A stretch of DNA of 64,000 nucleotides from Cenococcum geophilum. Taxonomy: Eukaryota. The stretch lies in the NCBI GenBank assembly GCA_050273025.1, contig CP158635.1, positions 33,232,001 to 33,296,000 on the forward strand, in the 5' to 3' direction. The position numbers and the translations under genes were made by a program. Within the stretch, counting starts at the first letter, position 1, and every line of letters starts with the position of its first letter. Shown one piece after another: positions 51,208-63,284 of this stretch. The notes beneath the pieces were generated by a model. It was not told where the DNA came from and did not search any database. It saw only the letters and a list, made by a program, of their open reading frames with translations.

Positions 51208-53363
51208 TTGAGAAGAGTAACGGAAGTAAGTGTAAGAGCAGTCCCAACCGACCGAATTAACTTCTGACGAAATCCTGAAATAGCATGTTATCTTCTCTAA
51301 TTACTTCGGAAGCACCGAAACGCGGTAAAATGAATTTTAGCAAATGTTTTTGCAGAAAAGGTGGTAATATGAAGACACTTGAATAGCGAGCAATTGAAAG
51401 TTCAATGATGGGGAGCCTGTGTTATGATATCTTCTAGTTTCATGCTCTGAATTGTGACGAGTCCTCGCACATTGTGTACTTGTGCACTGTCGTGATATAG
51501 TTAAGTTAAATATAATGCAGTGAATCTTGTTTCTAGTAACGACAACGAGCACCAGGGTATCAATGCAATCCCTCGTCCAATCGCAAAACTAAACATTCAG
51601 CTAGAGGCTGCCGCATAACCCATTTCCTGGAAACGAGTTCGTTTTGGAAAGCCCAGGAACCACGAAACAAACGGGTATTTCTTGCTCCTTAGTGCAGGAC
51701 TATAACAGTTCTACATTTTTTGTCCACAGTGATAAGGCTTCTTGGACTCATGCAAGCTGTGCCCACTCGGGTGGTTCAGGATGCTCCATCTCGCCCATTT
51801 GCCCATTCGTCATAGGACGAGCACGCCATTCGCCATGCTCTCGCCATCTCTGTTCCTTTAGAGCCGCGATTTTTTCAAAAATTCCCAGCCCATGCGGTTT
51901 GCTATTTCCTATATCTCCTTTGCCGTTGTAGAACCTCCATTAAGATACGGTATAACAATTCCGTTGCGACTGCGGTTCCACTTTGTGCGTTGAACACCTT
52001 CGAGAGCCGAAGGGAGCCGGAGGATGTGGTGGTTACTGGGGAAGCTGAATGGTAGAGGATGAGTGATTGTGATGCCATGCTGACTAGTTAGATGAGATTA
52101 ACAGTAAGAAAAGGCTGGGCCCCTTGGCACGAGAATTGAAAATGCAATCATGACTGAGAATAGGTTAATTGAAGGAGTATATCGTCTAGAGAAGGAATTT
52201 GAACCTCAAACCCATACCAACAAAAGGGCGAGGTAATGTACTCTCCGATGAGAGAGGAATGAGCTACGTTTGCTCATCTAGATACGGCCATGGATGCGAA
52301 CTGGTGTTAGAGAACGCGAGCAGCGAGGGGCTCGGTGGCAACGATCCTCCGAAGCGCTCTGGACATACTCCATACCATCCTCTCCTTTCTATCCGATGTG
52401 CTGAGCACTTCCTCGGTTATGTTCATAAAACAAGTGTGCAGGCTGATTGCAATTCCATGACTTATATCTTTAAATGACAGGCTTGAGGTTCTCGGTGACG
52501 ATTGCCGTTCTCTTACGCATACCCATTAGAAACTAGACCCGCGCCATTAGAAATGGAATGCAGCGCATTGGCTTGGTATGTTCAACTTCGTTCCGCTCTT
52601 CTGCAAGCATAATAATAAATCTTTTCAGAATCTCCATAATACCCTCGTATTAATTCTTGGCATTTTCTTTGTCTTTGCTGATGAATCATCGCCTGCAGGC
52701 CCGATCCGCTGTCCATGCGTCAAATGGTCCGGACCCATGCAGGGCTGATCAGGAGGATTTGGGATGATTTTCTTTTCTCCATCCAAGTTTCTTTGCCGAG
52801 GCCGTGTGGCTTTTCAAATGCCCCATCTTTTTAACTGCTTACCTGCATTGTCTAGCTGATGACTGATAACGTGGTCAGCTGTAGCCTCATCTTCCAACAG
52901 CTGTTCGCCTTCCGGTCACATAGATGCTTTCATCTTCCATGGCCCAGACAATAGCCCTTACTGCAGGTCCATGGCACTTATCTGTGGCTAAGGTCGAATT
53001 CAACGGCCAAGCGAGGAATCTCTTAGTACTGGCGCTGACTATTTCATTTATAATATCTTTGTTATATCCTATGGGGACTTCCTGACATCTTCCCGTAGCC
53101 TCACTAGCCATTAGACTACGCCGTCAAGCCTCCGCAAGTGGAGTATCGAGAAGATATTCTAACGGAATGACGATCCCCGCTGTTGTGTCACTGCTGGTGT
53201 GGACGGAACAACCTGCGAAAGATACCGAAATCATTGCTTCTAAGTGGCAACCTGCGGTATAAGAAGGAGCTTTCCTGCTCTGCAATTGATTCCAGACAGG
53301 CTAAGCATTTTGGCCCAAGCAAGAAAGTCCCAATTGCTGTTACACGCCAGTCAACTTGTCAGG

Positions 53364-54290
53364 ATGAAATTCTTATCTGCCTGCGTCTTCGCGGCCTTGG
53401 GGCTTACCGCCGTCGTCAGCGCAAATGGTATGCTTGAACACCACGTCCACTCTTACACATTATCTAATTTTTCAATTAGCTGTACCCTGGGAACGCTTGA
53501 ATAAGAATGATTCAGTAGTGCTGCCCATCTCCATGCTGTCAACGTCGTTAACCGTTCGTTACAGATGCTGCTGATTCTTGATCTTCAAGTTGGTCTCTAT
53601 CAGCTCGTCCGAGACTTCGATGCTACCCTGTACCGTGACAATATAATAGCTCACGCTGCTCTCGGAAAACTGTTCGACTTGCCAGTCGTCATGACGACCT
53701 CCGCTCAACAAGGTACCAAAGAGCGATGTAAAAGCATTGTAGCAGTGCTAATGATTTGTATAGGACCCAATGGCCCCCTGCCCAAAGAGATCCTTGATAT
53801 GTATCCTGACGCACCACTCATAAAGCGTCAAGGAGAAGTCGACGCATGGGACAATCCCGATTTCCGCGCTGCCATTCAAGCTACTGGAAAGAAGCAGATT
53901 ATTGTTGCAGGCATCGTAACTGACGTTTGTAAGTGCTGTCACCATTTCCTATTATCATACAACTAAACACGGTATCCAGGCACCGCATTCCTCGCACTCT
54001 CCCTCCGTGCCGAAGGCTACAGCGTCTGGGCCAATATTGAGGCTTCAGGCACCACAACGCCCCTAATTCGTGACATCTCGAATGACCGAATGCAGGCTGC
54101 AGGCGTGCAAATGGTCTCACTGTTCAGCATCGTATGTGATCTGATGCGTGATTGGAGGAACACGCCGGGAGCAGCTACCGTTTTGCCGTGGTTAGACCAA
54201 TACATGCCAGTCTATGGTTATCTAGCGAGAGGCCATCTAGCAGCGATTGAAAACGGAACTGTCATTCCTGGGGAAGCAGGGCTGATCTAA
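53364..54290 (+). CDS. Secreted isochorismatase-family (YcaC-like) cysteine hydrolase, 4 introns
   Basis: Signal peptide MKFLSACVFAALGLTAVVSA; LDLQVGL, GPNGPLP, KRQGEVDAW, IVTDVC and ELMRDW-like (DLMRDW) motifs. Confidence 0.85.
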
Positions 54291-54673
54291 GGAATATGTT
54301 CAGCATGATTTCCCTTGCAAAACAAATGAAAGGAGCAGAAGCACATGTTTACTAGGAGATATCCAAGTAGGCGAGACTTGGTGATATGAAGGGGCGGATT
54401 CTCTAGTCTCAATGATGAAAATATTTACAGTTAGGAACATTTGATTAACTCGATATATTGGATATATACATGTCAATGCAATTACTCAGTATCTACAACA
54501 CTGCTTCTGCTTATGTTGAACGACCTACACGTGACATGGGTATTCAAGAGGGTCCACCCAATCAGTCAATCTCATATGCACCATAACTTCACGTTATGGA
54601 ATGCCCAACCAATTTATAAAGGTATAAGTCAGCAGACCAGTTCCTCACACAACCCTGATGGTCCACCAACTAC

Positions 54674-55375
54674 CTACTTAGATTTCTCAGCGATGACCAC
54701 GGCCACATCCGTGATCTTCCCCCCATTGAACCCACCCAAGTCATACGGACAACTGCTGATAGCCACAACAGCATCATCCAAAGCCTCAAACTCAACATAA
54801 TCTCCAGGCCTGCTGCATCCCAGCCCACCTTTCAAACTGTAGTTTGGCGTGTTCTGAAAGATGTTGAATGGGTCTGCAATCTCCAAATAACTCCGCATGC
54901 CCCATCTTTCCATAGCCTCCGCAATATTCCCAGCGCAGGATCTATGCCCCTTCAACCCTTCCTTTTCGTATAACTCCGGGAAGCAGGACATGAAAGTCAT
55001 GTCGTGAACCTTGACCGTGTCTGCGGTGAGGCGGAGGAGGGGTCTGTCGCGATTCGTCCAAAGGCACTCGCCCACCGCGGGTGTTACGCCGGAAAGGTGG
55101 AAGCGTGTGTATGCCATCGAGACCTTCTCGGTTAGGGTGAAGACGGGAGAGGTATGAGCCCAAGCCATGAAATCGACAACTTGTTCCCCGTGGATGTCAA
55201 TGATGCGGAAGCGGGTGCCCTTGCTGACGCGGAAGGAGTAGCCATGGGCGGCGCGGACTATGTGCGTCGTGGATGCGGAAGGGCCAAATGGGTCAGGGGA
55301 AATTGTGGGATTGACGATAGAGTTCTCACTGAAAGTAAAAGATGGTTCATCGGTGGTTATGATGGGGACGCGCAT
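54674..55375 (-). CDS. DUF1989 (urea carboxylase-associated family) protein, intronless
   Basis: GEQVVDF, DTVKVHDMTFMSC, HRSCAGN, PFNIFQN and SRPGDYVEFEALDDAVVAISSCP motifs. Confidence 0.85.
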   Translation of the reverse strand: MRVPIITTDEPSFTFSENSIVNPTISPDPFGPSASTTHIVRAAHGYSFRVSKGTRFRIIDIHGEQVVDFMAWAHTSPVFTLTEKVSMAYTRFHLSGVTPAVGECLWTNRDRPLLRLTADTVKVHDMTFMSCFPELYEKEGLKGHRSCAGNIAEAMERWGMRSYLEIADPFNIFQNTPNYSLKGGLGCSRPGDYVEFEALDDAVVAISSCPYDLGGFNGGKITDVAVVIAEKSK

Positions 55376-56038
55376 CGTTGTATTCGGATGAGGCAATTGT
55401 AGGCAGTGGGGTTGGTTCTATACGTACGGCGCAATAGCAGTAAAGACTGTGGAAATCCTTTTATGCTACATTTTGGCGGTGATACGGGCGTTTGACGTCG
55501 CCGAAACTATCAAGAAAAGTGCGGGTCGACATTCCTATATAGGCGAAGTAGAGTTGGAGGAGGCTGCCACGTGCCAGCCACAGCGTTCAGGAGGCCTCAA
55601 CTCCACCGGCATCAAACCCGCATTCTCCCAATACGCTACCAAGCCAATCGAAAATCAACAAATCTACGTACACCCACTAACTTCAGCCCTCCAGATGTGA
55701 TAATTTCCAATTCAGAAGAGCCTTAGTTGAAAATGATGGTACTCTTTAAATCTTCGATACGAGGAGATATCCTTAACAAATTTCTTTTATACTTTTGCAC
55801 GCCATATACCGTTGATGGAATAAGAGCTACATGTAAATATCACCGAATGTATCCACTTAATCAATCAAGGACTGCTTTATCCGTCCGAAGTCTTCCTTTA
55901 ATTACGTGATGGTAGCTTTGCAGAGAAGAGGCAGCTTTGGAAATCACCTCCTTAAAACGTATTTACTTCACCCTCCACAATTTCGGTTATACTCATTCTC
56001 CATTTTTCGGTAATTCGTTGAAAGCTCTTACAACCAAG

Positions 56039-57212
56039 ATGCAATTCAAAACACTCCTTTGGAGCTCCGTGGCTTTGGCCTCAGTTACTGGTAGTGGTAT
56101 GTGCAAGCTGAATGTGGCAGTTATAAGATGGGAACTCTGACTCTAGCCATTCGACAATGTAGTCGCGGCTATGCCGGCGGGTCCCGAGACGAAAAAGAGC
56201 TCAACCGCTGTCCCAAAACAAACCCTAACACCGACGACTACAAATACCATTCATACAACAATAATAATGACACCTCAGACCTCTTCTAAAACAGTCTAGA
56301 AGACGACTCCTCAGACAACTCCTAAGACGACTACGCAGACGACTCATCAGACGAGTTCCAAGACGACTGCCAAGCCGACATCACCGACAGCCAAAGACAA
56401 CACTGAATAAATGCACCACTACAGCCAAAACTATAAATTGAAGGCCTTCCACCACCGCCTATCCTACGTTTCCACTCCCTCGTGAAGATATGAACCCAAA
56501 AGTCTTTGATGCTTTCAAATCTGCCGTTATGAACGCAGCGAAGGCCATTAGTGATGAGTCGCAGGCTATGTGTAACACTTCTCATCCCTAATCGTAACAC
56601 CCCATTCAAGAACTGTGATAACTGACTATCCCGCCTTTTTGGGTCAGCTGACTCAACGCGACATCAACAGAAAAATTAACGCTGATGAAGCAGCCCAAAT
56701 TGCAAACGACATCTCTACCGGCCTTCACAAGGACGCTCGTTCGTTACTAATGCTAGCATATCAACTCGAAAGCAACACGCGTGCCATCACTGATGCTCTT
56801 ACCGAGAAGAATGTTGATGACACAAGCAAATAACTGGCGCAAGACATCAAGGATGAAGTACAAATAATCGTTTCGTTTACTAAAACAATTGTTGATCTTG
56901 TTAAGGTGCTACGTAGGGTCTTTCCCTGTCTATTAGCAAGATTTATGGCTTCTTTCGTCCTACCTTCGTCATGGGTTTCGAATACTACTGATCATGGTTA
57001 TAGCCTCATCCCAATTTACCAAAGCCGAAAAGGACGCTGTGGTTGCTGCCCTTGAAACAGTTACCGTTGCTGCCAACTTAGCATATAAACCTATCAAGGC
57101 TTTCGATAACTCTGTAGGTACTTCGGGAGCTTCAGCTTTCTATAGTGCGGGAAATTGTCTAGAAAGCGCTCTTGATGGGTTTTTGAAGGCTGCAGGGGAC
57201 GCCAAGTTTTAG
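56039..57212 (+). pseudogene. Pseudogenised secreted protein (signal peptide, Thr-rich repeats, helical domain)
   Basis: MQFKTLLWSSVALASVTGS; (Q/K)TT repeats; in-frame TAG at 56297 and TAA at 56831, with further disruption ~56400-56480. Confidence 0.65.
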
Positions 57213-57482
57213 ATCGGGAATCCGGCATGCGCAAGTACTTGCGTCCGGAACCTGAAAATTGTGCCAGGTTCCCTAGAAAGAAAAGAAACTCGAAAGCTAC
57301 ATGAACCTAAAGGATACGCAAAAAAGTGGCTTAGCCGCATATATCATAGTTTGCAGGGCCGTTATAATGAAATAAATGTAGGATCAAAATCCAAGAACAT
57401 CAACCGAAATCCCTCTCTTTTCTAATAAGCTAAATGAGGCATCTACAAATCTACGGATATTGCGTTAACATGCACAAATATT

Positions 57483-58976
57483 TTACTTTGCTAAGAGATA
57501 GTCGCCCCCAACAATTGTCTTATAAACTCCGTACACTCCACTCAATGGCCACGTGCTCAGCACTATTTCCCTCAGCCATGTCTTGATTGGGCCTCTCCCA
57601 TCATTCTCCTTTTTGCTTAAATCGACCCGGACTTTCTCATATATGGTTGGCAACGAAGTCGCATGGTATTTTTCCCGCAGGGCTTCATATCCCTTGCGGT
57701 CGTAAATGCCCCAGAACTCATCTTCAGTATAGAAGGCCTGCGCGTAAAGCCATTTCACACCAGAGAGCTCACGTACTTTTGCTTCCAGCTCACGGTTGAC
57801 TTTCACAAAAGCGGCCTGATTCGTGGGGCCGGGACCCCAAACGCCTACGTTGAGCAGGTCCTCCTCTCCACCGGCACCATCCTCTCTCTTAGTGCTGATA
57901 GGGTGCGCCATCGAGACTCGGCCGTCCCGGTGAAGTGGGCATAGCCAAAGTGGGTAGAATCCGAAAGATTCGTCCACATACTCGATGAACTCCGAGGCTC
58001 TGGAAGTAGGTAGAGCAAGGTCTTGGATGATGTACTGTTTCGAATGCCCACTCGCGTGTAGAGCGTGATACATGACGCGCGTGTGCATGAAGTGGTCCAA
58101 AGCCCAGCGCGTGATGCGATTGAAGGGCATCTTGAACCACTTGAACCCATACATGCCAGTCCAGAAGGCGCCACGGTCGTAACGGAAGAGATAGTCGGTT
58201 AAGGGCACTGCTTCGGTAACGGGAATGGATGATTTGTCGATCACAGACTTTGCATGGAGATAGAACCAGGGATCTATCGCACGGCTGAAGCGCTGGATAC
58301 GGGAGCCAGGGCTCGGCGCATCAGCCAGACGGCCTGTGATGATGGCTCCGTGGTCTTTTGCGAACAATATGCCATCCACATAATCGTTGGAATAGTCTTT
58401 CGTTGCTTCCTGCGCCTTCCGCACAGAATCGGATGCGCTCTTCACAGGATGGTACGTTAACTCAACATACTTCTTAGCCTGAATGAGCCGGATTTCGAAG
58501 AGTGTTAGCACGCCTAGTGTCCCAAACGAGCCGGCAGCGCCATGGAAGATATCCGTACGCTCGTCCTCCGAAGCTTTGACTACTTCTCCGTTCGCAAGCA
58601 CCATCTCAAACCAATTTGTGGTGCGGTCGAAGAAGCCATATTTGAAAGAACTGCTCTCCCCCGAAGTACCAGCAAAGCCTCCTCCCACGGTGATCCCCGG
58701 AAACTCCATAACAACAGGCGGGATGAGGCCATGCGGAAGCGTTGCTTCTACAAGCTGGTCCATAGGCACGTTGGGCTCGACCAGGACGGTCTTCCGCTCG
58801 ACGTCAACTTCGAGCACGCGAGTCAGCTTGCTTGTGTCAATCATTCGATCGCGCTGAAATGCGGTTTGCCGCGTGCTGTTCGTTGAGCCATGATAAATCC
58901 GGAATGGCACTTTTTGATCATGAAAATGTCGCACCCTCGAAGCAATAAAGGCAACAGACTCATTGTGAGAGTCCAT
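57483..58976 (-). CDS. FAD-binding oxidoreductase, Delta24-sterol reductase (DHCR24)-like, intronless
   Basis: YHGSTNSTR, VEPNVPMD, PPVVMEFPGITVGGGFAGTSGESSSFKYG, DYLFRYDRG and KWLYAQ motifs. Confidence 0.88.
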   Translation of the reverse strand: MDSHNESVAFIASRVRHFHDQKVPFRIYHGSTNSTRQTAFQRDRMIDTSKLTRVLEVDVERKTVLVEPNVPMDQLVEATLPHGLIPPVVMEFPGITVGGGFAGTSGESSSFKYGFFDRTTNWFEMVLANGEVVKASEDERTDIFHGAAGSFGTLGVLTLFEIRLIQAKKYVELTYHPVKSASDSVRKAQEATKDYSNDYVDGILFAKDHGAIITGRLADAPSPGSRIQRFSRAIDPWFYLHAKSVIDKSSIPVTEAVPLTDYLFRYDRGAFWTGMYGFKWFKMPFNRITRWALDHFMHTRVMYHALHASGHSKQYIIQDLALPTSRASEFIEYVDESFGFYPLWLCPLHRDGRVSMAHPISTKREDGAGGEEDLLNVGVWGPGPTNQAAFVKVNRELEAKVRELSGVKWLYAQAFYTEDEFWGIYDRKGYEALREKYHATSLPTIYEKVRVDLSKKENDGRGPIKTWLREIVLSTWPLSGVYGVYKTIVGGDYLLAK

Positions 58977-59305
58977 CAGGCGATTGGAGCTGAACTCGTC
59001 TACGATTCCAGGAAATACAATTTTTTTGACCGAATAGCGAAATTGATGATGGCAAATAAAACCGATATAGATCTCGGGTAAGCGATATGTGTACGGAGTT
59101 TTTATAAACAATATATTTCAGGAGATGAAACAAAACAAAACAAAACTTAGAACAATAAGTGTACAAGCGCAAGGAGGCTGTGTAGAGAGGGGGCCCCGAC
59201 GATCATGGTGCCCCGGTTGTGGTGTCGAAGCGATTAGCGTGTGCCTCCGGCGCTCGCGAAGCGCTGTACCCCCCATTGGAGGAAAGCGAAATTGCACTAA
59301 TGGAT

Positions 59306-59921
59306 TTGCAACTTACCTCAGCGAGCTCAGACGTGAATTTGATTGGAGCGGATGTTCCTTCGGCCCGTTAACAAGTTGACTAACATCCACCAAAATCACG
59401 TCTGAGAGCGTTTGGCGAGTTTTGTTAAAAGCATAAGCAAAAATCTTAGTTTTGGCAATTTTATAAGGGGATTTCCTCCACGACATAATAAAATAAAGTC
59501 TCCAAAAGTTAATACATAAATTTTAGGGCGCTACTTTATACATCAAAGGGCTTTAAATTACATTATCCCCTCCCGAATCTGAGATTAATTTCGTTAAAGT
59601 TAAAATTCCTGTTGTTAAAAGCATAAGCACTTTTTATATAGGCCCGTACGGGCCCATATAAAAATATAAAAAGCCTAAAATCTCATAATCTATAGAGCTT
59701 AATCTCCTGAGTAATTTGATATAATTTTTACCTTAAAATATGTTGTGGGGATGTTGATTAATTTTGTTGGGGTTTGTGAGTTTTCCTTACTAAAAATGCT
59801 TATGTTTCTATACAAATCTCGCCAAAGTGCCTCAGACCAAGAAATCGATCAAATATCCGAAGGAGATTAGCGCGCCAGCGCAATCGATTTCTTAGTCTGA
59901 GCTTCTGAGGTAAATTTGCAA
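59306..59921. mobile_element. Degenerate AT-rich foldback/MITE-like element with nested inverted repeats
   Basis: Outer IR 59306-59332/59895-59921; inner IR ~59401-59450/59789-59836; small hairpins 59326-59406 and 59831-59901; central palindrome ~59633-59664. Confidence 0.65.
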
Positions 59922-61452
59922 CAAGGCACAAGTATATTAATAATTCCATATATTGAGGCTCACTTATCTTCAGAGGAAGCCTGCTTCGAGCTTCAATTTA
60001 ATGACACAAGTTGTGGTAATATCTGAGCTGAAAGGATAGTCTACACAACACGTGCTGAAATGGGTGCCAGGCGCATCCGGCTATTGCATAAGAACTAAGC
60101 CGAACCTCCCCCTCCTGGGAATCATTCAGGTGAGAATATTATGTATTTCACTTGATAATTATTGGAGATAGGCGTTCCCGGTTTACAGGGCGCTCAACCA
60201 GCCTTCCGTCAACACGGCCTACTAGTTACTCCCATCTCTGCACCTTAGTTCGCCAGCTCTAATCTGAAAAAGCGTAATACAGCTAACGCTTTCCATTCAA
60301 TGAGGAATACTCTCTCATATACTTCGGTCAGGATGATTTTACAAGCCGATATGAGCCCGAAACTTCGTCTTCTCTATTGTGTAAAGTAACACGACGTGGC
60401 AGTCACTTTTGTATGCCCACGCCAAGAGAACCTTTCCTGCATAAAGCATTTCACCAAACATTAAATTGACAGGTTATGAACTGCTTCCCGGTTTTACTAC
60501 AGCTTCACTGTAAGCAGCTGTTGGCTTGTCCCATACGATAACAGGATCCAAGTAGCCTCAATTTGAGGGCGCATAAGGCAAGTCACCATAGGCGGATGCT
60601 TAGGTGAAGATGAAGCTCAAGAGTATTTAGAAAGTCGATATGGGAGAGGTAGGGGAGGAAATGCGCAATCTGGTTATGTCAGTGAGACGGGCCTAGAATA
60701 TGAGTATAAGGGAGTATCAGTTGGAAGAGACTTGTAGTAGAGAATGCAAGTTACTTGCTGACGAAGTTTCGACTCTAGAGATGTGTTTAGGGCTAAGCCT
60801 GCCGTCATCTCGCTACCGAAGAGCGCCCCATGAAGGAGAGCACCTCCTCCTTATCCGAAACACTTGTTTCCAGGGCGCCTCTTTGTCACTACACTATCAA
60901 AGATTTTGGGATTACTACTAGATCTACGGATAGGATACAAGAAAGGCAATGAATACTGAGTAATGGTATCGACAAGCCTTTTTAGAGTCGCTCGCTTGTA
61001 GCAAACACAACTCTGGAAGTGCAGTTGCCGCCCGATTTTCCGCTACAATCACCCTGGTGGCCTCGTCCTCTAACTGTATCGGCGCTTTCTTTCTAAACGA
61101 TTTCGCATTGATGGCACATCTGCATGTGTGTTCGCGCGCGACGACAGGATCCCCCTGCGTTGTTCCTTGATAATCTACGACTGATATTGCCTCAGGAAGC
61201 GCCAGGAGGCCTGTCCGGGCCTATCCGGGCCTGTCTCGTTCCCGTCATGCGGATGAACTGTTTAACATTGCGTCTGTGTGCAGGCAGCATTGGACCACCC
61301 TTCTCGATAAGGTCGCACGGCTGAACTCCACCCTCTCGCAACCATAGCAGCTTGTTAGAATGTACTCAGATTCATCCGCCATGATATCTCCCTTAAGATG
61401 GCAGAATTAAGCCATCTCAACTTCTTTTATTATCACATATTCTCCATCCTAA

Positions 61453-62940
61453 ATGCGGATCTGCTATTCGTGGATCATGCCGCCGTTCTTTTTCCTCTTC
61501 TTCATCCTCTCCTCCGCGAGTGCTGCTCCACTGTTTGACACTACCAACCTCGAACGAAGGTCTTCTAATTCTACTTCAACCACTCCCGTTCTGGGGTGGG
61601 TTTCGTCGCCTGATGGTCGAGGGACAATAGATATTGTCTGGTCATGTGTATTCACGACGTTCCTCTGCAGCTGGTCCGTCCTTTGTCTAAATGTCCCGGC
61701 CTTGGGGGATGGACCATGGCATATGTTCCGCCGCAAGATTTACCTCTCTGGACTAGCAGTCATTGGCCCCGAATTCCTTTTCCAAATCGCACTCGGTCAG
61801 TGGATCTCAGCACGCCGATCTGTGAAGGAATTCAAAGCTTCGGGCCATTCTGGATGGACCATAAACCATGCATTCTTTGCCGACATGGGCGGGTTCCGTC
61901 TGTACACACGGGACTGGGTTCCGTTTCCCGTCAATGCGAAACAACTACATTATTTGATAGCCAAGGGCTATGTCCAGTATCCAGACATTGACAAGCAAGT
62001 CATCGGAGACAAAAATAAAATGGATGGGCTTGTTAGAGTTATAACAACTTTACAGACTTTGTGGTTCGTTATAAACTCTGTTGCCCGGGTAGCGCAACAT
62101 CTCACGTTAACCGTATTCGAATTAACAACCCTCGGATTCATCGTTTGCACAATAGGGACAACATTCTGCTGGGCCCACAAACCGTCCGATGTCGCCTATG
62201 CTATGAGTATTGAATCTAACGCAACAATAGCTGAGATATTGCTCGAGGCCGGGGACGCTGCGAAGGATCCGTATAGCCGAACACCTCTTGACTTCATTAG
62301 CCGTAAGGAGTGGGCGTGGTCGATGTTATGGTCCAATTGGGTAAACATTCTCCGAAGAATGCACATCATATTCGACCCCGGAGTACGCCCGGTTAACCGT
62401 CGAACAAATGACGAGTTCTTAGACCTTTCGGGGTCGTCACTCGCCGTTCTCTTCCTCTTCCAAACAACCTACGCCGGCATCCTCCTTTGCGGCTGGAATT
62501 TCTGGTTCCCAACACCAGTTGAGCAACTGCTATGGCGTATTGCGACTGTCATGATCATGACAAGCATTTGCTCATATTGGGTTGTGGAGATGGTCGTCTT
62601 CCGCATACTTCCAGCGATGAAGAAAAGGCTCTCACATCATATTGCCCACGCTACCTCTTGGGACACGAGTAAGCGCACTAAGCGTGTCCCATACCGATTT
62701 GAAAAATCACGTATTGGAAAAAAAGCGAGATCGGTGGTGCGGGCTTTGAGGAATAATTCGTTACAGAAGGACCCTGCTCTGGAGATTCCCATGAAGGCAT
62801 TGTTGCCAGTATATCTTGTCGCCGTTTGTTATTGCACCTCGAGAACATACGTTCTGCTTGCTGATGTAGTGGAGATGCGCCGCCTTCCACCTAGTGCATT
62901 CGCCACCGTGAATTGGTCTCAATTTTTCCCGCATTTTTAA
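61453..62940 (+). CDS. Uncharacterised fungal multi-pass membrane protein
   Basis: 495-aa intronless ORF; GWVSSPDGRGTIDIVWSC, HAFFADMGGF, IGDKNKMD and WAHKP motifs; several hydrophobic segments. Confidence 0.8.
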   Translation: MRICYSWIMPPFFFLFFILSSASAAPLFDTTNLERRSSNSTSTTPVLGWVSSPDGRGTIDIVWSCVFTTFLCSWSVLCLNVPALGDGPWHMFRRKIYLSGLAVIGPEFLFQIALGQWISARRSVKEFKASGHSGWTINHAFFADMGGFRLYTRDWVPFPVNAKQLHYLIAKGYVQYPDIDKQVIGDKNKMDGLVRVITTLQTLWFVINSVARVAQHLTLTVFELTTLGFIVCTIGTTFCWAHKPSDVAYAMSIESNATIAEILLEAGDAAKDPYSRTPLDFISRKEWAWSMLWSNWVNILRRMHIIFDPGVRPVNRRTNDEFLDLSGSSLAVLFLFQTTYAGILLCGWNFWFPTPVEQLLWRIATVMIMTSICSYWVVEMVVFRILPAMKKRLSHHIAHATSWDTSKRTKRVPYRFEKSRIGKKARSVVRALRNNSLQKDPALEIPMKALLPVYLVAVCYCTSRTYVLLADVVEMRRLPPSAFATVNWSQFFPHF

Positions 62941-63284
62941 GGCTAGTTTTCGCGGACCCGAGAATCTTTATCCTTCACATTTGACGACTGCTTGAGCACC
63001 CGACGCACCTACGGGAATGTATACTACTTTTAAGGCTCTCGGTATCTTGAGTGTTCTCTCCCTCATCACAGAAGCAGTCAACTTGCTCTTGCATTAACTG
63101 TATCTTTCAACATCTCTAAACATCGCCATTGCCTGTTCATTTAATAAACCAAAATTATTGCCTAAGCGGACCCATTCCACTCACCGCTGAGAAGTGGGGT
63201 CCATCCCTTAAGGCCATCTCGTCCAACATCACTATTAGAATTTTCCTCCTAAAACATTCCTAAGCATCACAACCAATCCTTGTT

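Noticed and set aside
56297..56299. TAG corrected by A-to-I editing or readthrough
   Set aside because: Repeat context implies ancestral CAG rather than TGG, and additional TAA stops follow.
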